In this document: in pieces, positions 39,220 to 46,142 of the stretch
Numbering within the stretch: position 1 is the first letter of the stretch
Layout: each line of letters begins with the position of its first letter
Origin: an uncultured Acidobacteriota bacterium
Lineage (GTDB): Bacteria > Acidobacteriota > Vicinamibacteria > Vicinamibacterales > Fen-181
Assembly (NCBI GenBank): GCA_963784455.1
Contig: CAWARN010000018.1
Location: forward strand, 79,541 to 143,540
Reading direction: 5' to 3'
DNA length: 64,000 bases
Notes under the pieces: generated by a model
Database searches by the model: none
What the model saw: only the letters and a program-made list of their open reading frames with translations
Told to the model about the DNA's origin: nothing
Translations under genes and position numbers: made by a program

Positions 39220-39263
39220 GAATCAAGCTCGATTCGACGCCCGCCATCCGACAACGTCGCTGA
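39216..39263 (+). pseudogene. Remnant of a DUF5615 (PIN-like) toxin gene with about 330 bp deleted
   Basis: Shares ATGAGAATCAAGCTCGA with the intact copy at 43238. It then jumps to sequence matching the last 40 nt or so of that gene (..CGCCCGCCATC..) at a CTCGA microhomology, leaving a 15-codon ORF. Confidence 0.6.
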
Positions 39264-39327
39264 CCGCCCCCACTGAACAGGACCGCAAGGCCAGCCCCGA
39301 CTGAGAACACCTAGTACCTGGATTACC

Positions 39328-39374
39328 GGTCGCAGGTTCGAGTCCTGAGCGAAGTCGAAGGGAAGGGCGCGCCA
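39328..39374 (+). repeat. Degenerate tRNA-Arg 3'-half copy (T-arm, 17-nt insertion, acceptor strand and CCA)
   Basis: GGTCGCAGGTTCGAGTCCTG matches tRNA positions 37836-37855. AGCGAAGTCGAAGGGAA is inserted. GGGCGCGCCA matches the tRNA 3' end. Confidence 0.7.
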
Positions 39375-39415
39375 CTCCTTCCCGGGCACGAATCACTGAC
39401 AGACACTCGCCAAGA

Positions 39416-41371
39416 TCAATGAGGGGACGCCACGGCCGGCTCCACGCGGAATCGCAAGTGCTGGACGGCACGGCGGTCTTCCGCCGTCGCTTCGAAAGTC
39501 AGGAGGTAGTCCCCTGGCACGAGCCCTTCCCCGGTCAGCGGCCACGTGACGTCGGCGGTCCGCGCCCGCGCGAACGCATCCGGCAGCAACCGCCAGGTGT
39601 TCGTGCTCCTGACCACGTCGTGCGCATCTGTCAGGCGGACCGTCATGACGACGGGCTCGGGCGGCCGCGTGCCACCCTGGTAGACGCGCAGGAACGCCAC
39701 CGCCTCGTCCCCAGGCCCGAAGATGCGGGCGGCCGTGGGCGTCACGGGCAGCAGGTCGGCGAACAGGGATCTGGACGAGGCGAGAGGCGCGGGCCGCTTC
39801 TCGAGGACGACGCCCGACAGGCTGAGCGGGTCCTTCTCGAAACGAGGAATCTCCACCGTCGTGAACACGCTGCCGGCGCGGCCGTCGACCACGGCCGCGA
39901 TGCGGATCTCGTAGCGGCCCGGGGCGAGCGGAAGCCGTGACATCACCTCGAACTCGCTGCCGCTTCGTGCGTCAGGAGGGAACGTCAGCTCGAGTGTCTG
40001 GCGGTAGAGGCCCTTTGACCGTCCCTCCATGTCGAACGCGGCCGCAACGACCTCGACGCGCTTTCGCGGAGCGGCAGCACCCGGCGTCGACCCGATGGGC
40101 GCGGGATCGCGGAGCGCCAGCACGCCGACGAGTTCGGCCGTCCTGCCGCTGCGCGCGGCGAACGCGGCCGTGGTCGCCCGCAGGAGCACGTCGCTCACCG
40201 GGAACCCCTGCTGGATGGCCTGATCCACCTGCTGGACGACGGTACGAGTCGGGGACTTCCCCTTGGATGGTTGGGGCGCGAAGTACCCCGTGCGCGTTCG
40301 GACATCCAGGCCTGGCCGGTTGACCCTGACGCTGATGCGGCGAAACCGCCCGTCGGCCCGCGCGTGCGTCGTCTGGTAGCCGATCAGGTAGTAAGCGCTG
40401 CTCTCGCGGAACATCTGGCTGACGTGGGCCTCCGGCGTGTTCGTGGCACGGACGCGACGGCCGCCCGTCGCCTCGGCGAGCCCGATCTCGTTCGGCGAGG
40501 CTGGGGCGCCCGTCAGCCCGCGTGGGTCGTACGAGTAGACGCTGACGTTGGCGAGCTGGAGGTTCGCGAACATCGTCCGGATCGCGTCGAGGCCCTTGAA
40601 CTCGTCAGGCCGTTCTGAGATTTCGGCGCCGGTACTCAGCTGCGGGCTGATGAACACCAGCAGTTTCCGCCCGCCTGGAGCCGTGCGCAACACGTCGGCC
40701 ACCCGGGAAATCGTGTCGACCGCGCAGCCGCCCGGCCGCAGCCGGCACCCGAGCGGCTGCCCTGCTTCCCCCCAGCCATGAGGCGTGAACGCCTCGACGG
40801 CAGTCCGGAGCTTCCGTCGGTCGCTCGTGAAGCTCTCCACGCGGCCGAGGAAGGTGTACATGACCGCAGCGAGGTCGGATGGCCCGAGCCCGTCGATGAC
40901 CGTGTTGGCGATCTCGCTGAGCGACTTGGTCTCGCCGCGGTCGACGTCGATATTGGCGTCGTCAAGGACGAGCAGCACCAGCCGCCGGGTCTGGATGTCG
41001 TTCGAGACGACATCCGGCGCGACCTCGCGCATCCAGGCCGGCGCGTCGGCCTCGGGCTCCGGCACGTCGACTTCCTCGAACGTCTGGATGGCCTGCGGGT
41101 CGCCGTTCTCCGTTACCGTGAAGTCCTCTGCGCGGAGCCCTTTCACCGGGCGGCGGTCGTTGTCGAGGACGACGACGTCGATCGGGACGAGATCGACGCC
41201 CGAGCGGAACGTCGGACGGGGCTGCTGCGGTTGGACCTGAGGGGCGGACGCGAGCTCGTGCCGCCCGCCTGCGCCGAGTGCGGCCGACAGGCTTGCCAAC
41301 GCCAGCAGCACGCGAGGAAGGGCGGTCGTGATTGACACGGAGGCTCTCGGCCGTCGCGCGGATGATACCAT
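39416..41371 (-). CDS. VWA-domain protein (acidobacterial VWFA-related type), secreted
   Basis: Signal-like N-terminus, ..PTFRSGVDLVPIDVVVLD..RPVKGLRAEDFTVTENG.PQ.I..F, VLLVLDDANIDVDR (VWA MIDAS-like region), a long C-terminal beta-rich region. Confidence 0.8.
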   Translation of the reverse strand: MVSSARRPRASVSITTALPRVLLALASLSAALGAGGRHELASAPQVQPQQPRPTFRSGVDLVPIDVVVLDNDRRPVKGLRAEDFTVTENGDPQAIQTFEEVDVPEPEADAPAWMREVAPDVVSNDIQTRRLVLLVLDDANIDVDRGETKSLSEIANTVIDGLGPSDLAAVMYTFLGRVESFTSDRRKLRTAVEAFTPHGWGEAGQPLGCRLRPGGCAVDTISRVADVLRTAPGGRKLLVFISPQLSTGAEISERPDEFKGLDAIRTMFANLQLANVSVYSYDPRGLTGAPASPNEIGLAEATGGRRVRATNTPEAHVSQMFRESSAYYLIGYQTTHARADGRFRRISVRVNRPGLDVRTRTGYFAPQPSKGKSPTRTVVQQVDQAIQQGFPVSDVLLRATTAAFAARSGRTAELVGVLALRDPAPIGSTPGAAAPRKRVEVVAAAFDMEGRSKGLYRQTLELTFPPDARSGSEFEVMSRLPLAPGRYEIRIAAVVDGRAGSVFTTVEIPRFEKDPLSLSGVVLEKRPAPLASSRSLFADLLPVTPTAARIFGPGDEAVAFLRVYQGGTRPPEPVVMTVRLTDAHDVVRSTNTWRLLPDAFARARTADVTWPLTGEGLVPGDYLLTFEATAEDRRAVQHLRFRVEPAVASPH

Positions 41372-41759
41372 CGCCCTCGCGAACCCTGCTGGACAATCGT
41401 CGATCCGGCTGCAGTGAACGCGCTGAGTGCCGCCCGCTGAACCGGAGTGTTCGATGGATGTGGAGCCCGAGGAACGCGACCAGTAGTGGCGCTCCTGGTC
41501 GTCTCACTCTGCGACCGGTGGGAGTAACGGTGGGACTCATTCGTGCTTGGGTGAGGAACTCGAGAAGATTCGGGCACTCCTGAGAACGCCTATGGAGCGG
41601 GCCAGACGGCAGGGCGGGCGAATTCCTTAGGAAAACGGAGTGTGATGAGACACGAGCGTGGCCCCTTGAGGGGCTGGCGCTCGCCGGACTATGCGCGCCT
41701 GCAACGGACTTGCAGGACCGTCCCGGTTTCTCGGTTCATTTGAGCGACTCACCCGCTGC

Positions 41760-41788
41760 TTGACGACTATACGCAAATAGCGTATATT
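41760..41788 (+). promoter_or_regulatory. Sigma-70-like promoter with a perfect palindromic operator upstream of the HigB2-like gene
   Basis: TTGACG (41760-41765), 17-nt spacer, TATATT (41783-41788). TATACGC-AAATA-GCGTATA (41768-41786) overlaps the spacer and the -10 element. Confidence 0.45.
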
Positions 41789-42152
41789 TACTCCCGCGGA
41801 ATTCATCGAAGCGCCGTGCTTCACGCAGGTCCTTCCAGCCTATCTTGACGTTGAGGATTATCGCGAACTGCAACTCCACCTTGCGCGCGATCCCGAGGCC
41901 GGTGATGTCATCCCCGGGACCGGTGGGTTCCGGAAACTCCGATGGCCGGACCGGCGCCGGGGCAAGGGGAAACGGGGCGGTCTCAGAGTCATCTATTACT
42001 ACTTGGTTTCGGACACGCAGGTCCGGTTCATGGCAATCTACGGCAAGGACGAGGCTGCCGACCTCAGCCCGGCGGAACGACGGGCGCTCAAGATCGCGAT
42101 CGATGAGGAACTACGTCGGCGGGCGGACATTCGCCGCGTGCGTGAGAAGTGA
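41781..42152 (+). pseudogene. HigB2/RelE-like toxin homolog lacking any ATG/GTG/TTG start near its conserved N-terminus
   Basis: Open frame after TAG 41778-41780: ..EFIEAPCFTQVLPAYLDVEDYRELQLHLARDPEAGDVIPGTGGFRKLRWPDRRRGKGKRGGLRVIYYYLVSDTQVRFMAIYGKDEAADLSPAERRALKIAIDEEL.. to TGA 42150-42152. The first ATG/GTG/TTG in frame is a TTG about 73 codons in. Confidence 0.6.
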
Positions 42153-42155
42153 ATC

Positions 42156-42509
42156 ATGGCTGAGAGAAAGAAAGCCCGCAGCGTCGCGACGCGCCACCTG
42201 TTCCACGAGCTAATGTCGGGCGTCCAGGCGATGCGCGCGCATCGCGAGGGTCAAGTGACGCTCCGAACGCATCACGTCGAGCCCATCGCGGTTCCGCCCG
42301 TCGACCCGGACTTCGTCCGTGAAACCCGCGAAGCGCTCCACATGTCGCGCCAGGTATTCGCGTTCAGGATCGGCGTGAACCCACGGACGCTCGAACGGTG
42401 GGAGCAGGGGAGGAGCAAGCCGAACGAACAGGCCGCCGTTCTTCTCTGGCTTGTTCGGAAGTACCCCGACACCCTGGATCGACTCGAGTCGCTCGGTGTG
42501 CCTGCCTGA
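42156..42509 (+). CDS. XRE-family HTH antitoxin (HigA2-like)
   Basis: MAERKKARSVATRHLFHELMSGVQAMRAHREG...REALHMSRQVFAFRIGVNPRTLERWEQGRSKPNEQAAVLLWLVRKYPDTL. It starts 4 nt after the toxin-like ORF. Confidence 0.8.
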   Translation: MAERKKARSVATRHLFHELMSGVQAMRAHREGQVTLRTHHVEPIAVPPVDPDFVRETREALHMSRQVFAFRIGVNPRTLERWEQGRSKPNEQAAVLLWLVRKYPDTLDRLESLGVPA

Positions 42510-42530
42510 CACCACCTGGCACGTGGTCTT

Positions 42531-42796
42531 CCGGTCGCAGGTTTCACGCTGTTCCGCGTGCAAGATCATGCAAGGTTTTCCAAAACACGCGCTCCTTGCA
42601 CGCCCCACGCCGCCACGGGATGTGACAGCCGACCCCGTATTCCAAGGGTCGGCTGTAGATGAGCTCCGACACAGGTTGTGCTACGAACCAGGAGGTCGTC
42701 CGCTTTCGCTCGCGGGGATTCGGGTGAGCTGCGGCGAGACCGCGCCGCAGCGCAAGGCGCGGAGGCGGGCAGGTTCGAGTCCTGCAGGGCGCGCCA
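42531..42796 (+). repeat. 266-nt hairpin-rich repeat unit ending in a tRNA-Arg-derived T-arm/acceptor/CCA, copy 1
   Basis: Contains GGTCGCAGGTT (tRNA-like), hairpins GCGTGCAAG..CTTGCACGC and CAGCCGACCC..GGGTCGGCTG, and GCTACGAACCAGGAGGTCG (42680-42698, identical to the tRNA). A 70-nt insert follows (42699-42768) with hairpin GCTGCGGCG-AGACCG-CGCCGCAGC, then GCAGGTTCGAGTCCTGCAGGGCGCGCCA (42769-42796). Confidence 0.75.
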
Positions 42797-42998
42797 CTTC
42801 TTCCCCTAGTGAATCAACGACTTATCGTCTGAGGCCTCGTCGTCCCTGCAATGTGCCAGGAGCGCACCGCCGCCCTCGCTTGCAGCGAACTTGCATGGTC
42901 TTCCGGGTGTCGTGACGATTCGGCTAGGATCCACTCGACGGGCTGCCTGCGCCCGCCCGGCTCGCGCAGGTGCGGGTACAATGGGGCGGAGGTGGAGC

Positions 42999-43241
42999 AT
43001 GGCTCTCAACTACCACGACAGAATCGAGCGAAATCCGCGCCTCGCCGGTGGGGAAGCCGTCATCAAGGGGACGAGGGTGCCGCTTCGGACGGTGCTCGCG
43101 AGTCTGGCGGAGGGCGCGACGGTTGACGAGATCCTTAAGGACTTTCCTACGCTTACGGAGCGGGACATTCGTGCGGCGATAGCGTTCGCTGCGGCGTCGG
43201 CGCAGGAGGACCTGCCAGTCGCCGAGGCCCACGTGCGATGA
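42999..43241 (+). CDS. DUF433-family antitoxin-like protein
   Basis: MALNYHDRIERNPRLAGGEAVIKGTRVPLRTVLASLAEGATVDEILKDFPTLTERDIRAAIAFAAASAQEDL. GGAGGTGGAGC lies ahead of the ATG. ATGA overlap with the downstream gene. Confidence 0.8.
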   Translation: MALNYHDRIERNPRLAGGEAVIKGTRVPLRTVLASLAEGATVDEILKDFPTLTERDIRAAIAFAAASAQEDLPVAEAHVR

Positions 43242-43624
43242 GAATCAAGCTCGACGAGAATGTGCCCAGCCAACTGGCCTCGGTGCTGACTGAATTGGGG
43301 CACGACGTTGACACAGTCCCATCCGAAGGCATCGCCGGGAGGGACGACGCCATCGTGTGGCAGGCCGCCCAAGCCGGCCGGCGCTTTCTCGTGACGCAGG
43401 ACCTGGACTTCTCTGACGTCAGGAAGTACACACCGGGCACACATTTCGGCGTTCTGCTGGTCAGGCTTCCGGAACCAGGGCGGACGGCGTTGTTGGAGAG
43501 GATTGCGACGCTGTTTCAGGTTGAGGACGTCAAGAGCTGGGGCGGTTGCATCATTATCGCGACACCGCACAAGACTCGAGTTCGCCGCCCGCCATCGAAA
43601 ACCACCGACGAAGGCGACCGCTGA
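43238..43624 (+). CDS. DUF5615-family (PIN-like) putative toxin
   Basis: MRIKLDENVPSQLASVLTELGHDVDTVPSEGIAGRDDAIVWQAAQAGRRFLVTQDLDFSDVRKYTPGTHFGVLLVRL.. This is the family that usually pairs with DUF433. Confidence 0.8.
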   Translation: MRIKLDENVPSQLASVLTELGHDVDTVPSEGIAGRDDAIVWQAAQAGRRFLVTQDLDFSDVRKYTPGTHFGVLLVRLPEPGRTALLERIATLFQVEDVKSWGGCIIIATPHKTRVRRPPSKTTDEGDR

Positions 43625-43673
43625 ACAGGACCGCAACTTCAGGTGTGACTGAGAACACCTGACACCTGGAACT

Positions 43674-43939
43674 CCGGGCGCAGGTGTCACGCTGTTCCGC
43701 GTGCAAGATCATGCAGGGTTTTCCAGAACACGCGCTCCTTGCACGCCCCACGCGGCCACGCGATGTGACAGCCGACCCCGTATTTCAGGGGTCGGCTGTA
43801 GATGAGCTCCGACACAGGTTGTGCTACGAACCAGGAGGTCGTCCGCTTTCGCTCGCGGGGATTCGGGTGAGCTGCGGCGAGACCGCGCCGCAGCGCAAGG
43901 CGCGGAGGCGGGCAGGTTCGAGTCCTGCAGGGCGCGCCA
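43674..43939 (+). repeat. 266-nt hairpin-rich repeat unit ending in a tRNA-like 3' end, copy 2
   Basis: Near-identical to 42531-42796 with only a handful of substitutions. tRNA-identical blocks lie at 43823-43841 and 43912-43939, and the same 70-nt insert sits between them. Confidence 0.75.
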
Positions 43940-44234
43940 ACCCTTCCCGGGTCCATTCCGGGGACACAGGCGAAACTCTCGCGCTGAACCGACTCTCGAT
44001 CGGCTCATGGCTCTGGGCCTATCACCGTTCCGGACCTCCTGAACACGGACCTCCTGAACAGTAGTGCCAGGACCGGAAACAGGTCATACTCCCTCCGAAC
44101 GCTCCGGTCGTGTCTCGCCACGACCGTCTTTCAGAACAACCCAACGACCGGTGCAAGGCCTGTCGGCTGGCACTCTGTGCCGTTGTTGCGTGTCGTTGAG
44201 GATGGCTCGAGAGTCACCGCGACTGGAGGGATCA

Positions 44235-44726
44235 ATGGAGAAGCGTGCGGCGTTGGTCGTTCTGACGATGGTGCTGATGGCGTCGTCGCTACTGTTCGCT
44301 CAGAAGGACAAGACTCAACTGTTCAAGGTGTACGTCTTCACGGCAGAGGCGAAGTACGTCGACGCCGAGTCCAAAGCTCGCGCGGATTCGGTCAAGGACC
44401 TCCGCAGGTTCCTCGAGAACAAGAAGAAGACACTTGTCCTGGTCGACGACCAACGCACCGCAGACATGACGCTGGAAGTGCTGGGCCGAGACATTGTGCC
44501 CACGGGCAACATGACGACAGCGTGGGACCCGGTCCTGGGAGAGACAAAGACCACTCAGGACAGCGGCAGCACGCTTTGGGTGAAGATGACTGTCGGCGAC
44601 TACTCGACGAGGATTATCGGTCATGGCCCCGCGTTCGCTGCCGCGTATAGAGTGGCCGCGGATGATATCTCAGCGAAGGTCGACCGGTCGATCAAGGATA
44701 ATGGCGCGAAGGTCGATCGCAAGTGA
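44235..44726 (+). CDS. Secreted hypothetical protein (163 aa), lower GC than its surroundings
   Basis: MEKRAALVVLTMVLMASSLLFAQ signal peptide, then a Lys/Asp-rich mature part with no recognisable motif. GGAGGG lies upstream of the ATG. Confidence 0.55.
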   Translation: MEKRAALVVLTMVLMASSLLFAQKDKTQLFKVYVFTAEAKYVDAESKARADSVKDLRRFLENKKKTLVLVDDQRTADMTLEVLGRDIVPTGNMTTAWDPVLGETKTTQDSGSTLWVKMTVGDYSTRIIGHGPAFAAAYRVAADDISAKVDRSIKDNGAKVDRK

Positions 44727-44852
44727 GTCGGCGTTGGGGCGGACCGGGACGGTCCGTCCCGGGTGTGCCACTCCTCCAGCAGTTGTCCGCGGTTCGGCGA
44801 GTGCTCGAGCGCAGCGGCGCGTGTCGCCCGTAGTCGGGCAGGGAGCAGAGGA

Positions 44853-46109
44853 ATGAGCGAGAAGGTCGTTCTGGCGTACAGCGGGGGGCTCGACACGTCG
44901 GTCATCCTCACATGGCTGATCGAACAGCGGCTACGATGTCGTGGCGTTCGTGGCCGACGTCGGCCAGCAGCGACGACTTCGACGCGGTGCGCAAGAAGGC
45001 GCTGCAAGGCCGGCGCGCGCAAGGTCTACGTCGAGGACCTCAAAGAGGAGTTCGTCACCGATTACATCTTCCCCGCGATCAAGGCCAACGCGATCTACGA
45101 GGGGCGCTACCTGCTCGGCACCGCCCTCGCGCGGCCGCTGATCGCGAAGCGTCAGAGTCGAGATCGCCGCGCGTGAGCAGGCGCAGTACGTGTCGCCACG
45201 GCGCCACGGGCAAGGGCAACGACCAGGTGCGATTCGAACTGGCCTACTACGCGCTCGATCCGAAGATCAAAGTCATCGCGCCGTGGAAGGACGCCCGAGT
45301 TCCTCGCGCAGTTCCAGGGGCGGTCCGACCTGATCGCGTACGCGGCCAGGCACGGCATCGAGGTCAAGGCGACCATCGCCAAGCCGTACAGCGAGGACGA
45401 GAACCTGCTGCACATCAGCCACGAGGCGGGCATCCTCGAGGACCCGAGCCGCCCGGCCGCCGAGGAGCGTCTACTCGCGGACCGTGTCGCCGGAGCGCGC
45501 GCCAGACAAGCCGACGCACATCGTCATGACGTTCAAGGACGGCATCCCGGTTCGCGTCGAGAACCTCGACGACGGAACCGTGCACGCGAAGCCGCTGGAG
45601 CTGTTCCAGTACCTGAACGACGCTCGGCGCAGCGAACGGCATCGGCCGGATGGACATGGTGGAGAACCGATTCGTCGGGATCAAGTCGCCGCGGCGTGTA
45701 CGAGACGCCCGGCGGCACGATCCTGCGACGCGCCCATCGCGACATCGAGAGCATCGCCATGGACCGCGAGGTGATGCGCCTGCGCGACATGCTCGCCGCC
45801 GAAGTTCGCCGAGCTGATCTACAACGGCTTCTGGTTCAGCCCCGAAATGGACTTTCTCATGGCCGCCATCGACAAGAGCCAGGAGGTCATCGACGGCCGG
45901 GTCTGGCTCAAGCTGTACAAGGGCAACGTCTACGCCACGGCCCGCGAGAGCCCAGCTCGCTCTACGACCAGGAGCTGTCGAGCATGGACATCGAGGGCGG
46001 CTTCAACCAGCAGGACTCGGCCGGGTTCATCAGGATCAACGCTATCCGCCTGATGGCGCACAGCGCGATCATGCACGGCAAGCACAAGCGGTGGGGGCTC
46101 GACGAGTAG
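44853..46109 (+). pseudogene. argG: Argininosuccinate synthase with 11 frame jumps
   Basis: All conserved ArgG blocks are present and colinear but rotate through frames: [25 protein letters not shown] | [14 protein letters not shown] | [12 protein letters not shown] | [24 protein letters not shown] | [13 protein letters not shown] | [20 protein letters not shown] | [28 protein letters not shown] | VYSRTVSPE.. | LGAANGIGRMDMVENRFVGIKS | RGVYETPGGTIL.. | [16 protein letters not shown].. | [11 protein letters not shown]... Confidence 0.85.
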
Positions 46110-46142
46110 GGCCAATCGGGCGGGATGGCCTGACGACAGGCA

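Larger units (their letters stand above)
37867..43939 (+). mobile_element. tRNA-Arg-associated accretion zone: TA-rich islets bounded by repeated tRNA 3'-half copies (no integrase present)
   Basis: tRNA 3'-half matches occur at 39328-39374, 42680-42796 and 43823-43939. The flanks alternate between two sequence types: AATCA(G/A)(A/C)GACTTATC after 37866 and 42796, and CCTTCCCGGG after 39374 and 43939. The cargo is mostly toxin-antitoxin pairs. Confidence 0.5.

Noticed and set aside
42680-42796. Intron-containing or long-variable-arm tRNA gene
   Set aside because: The 70-nt insertion is not in the anticodon loop, where bacterial group I tRNA introns sit, and is too short for such an intron. 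The 5' acceptor strand, D-arm and 5' anticodon stem are also absent, because identity to tRNA-Arg starts only at the anticodon loop.
43554-43751. Small minus-strand ORF conserved in both 266-nt repeat copies (MGRARSAC.GKPCMILHAEQR..)
   Set aside because: The conservation follows from the near-identical nucleotide sequence of the repeats. There is no RBS and the downstream parts of the two ORFs diverge completely. The region is better explained by RNA/DNA hairpins.
37867-43939. Integron-like cassette array (attC sites between TA cassettes)
   Set aside because: No IntI-like integrase is present. The repeated boundaries are tRNA-derived rather than attC-like, with no clear RYYYAAC/GTTRRRY core pair. 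The cassettes also carry their own promoters.
44853-46109. Programmed ribosomal frameshifting or transcript editing as the explanation for the argG frame jumps
   Set aside because: I saw no slippery heptamers, shared sequence context or downstream stimulatory structures at the 11 sites. No bacterial mechanism is known that would remove single bases at this density. An indel artefact or a pseudogene is far more parsimonious.
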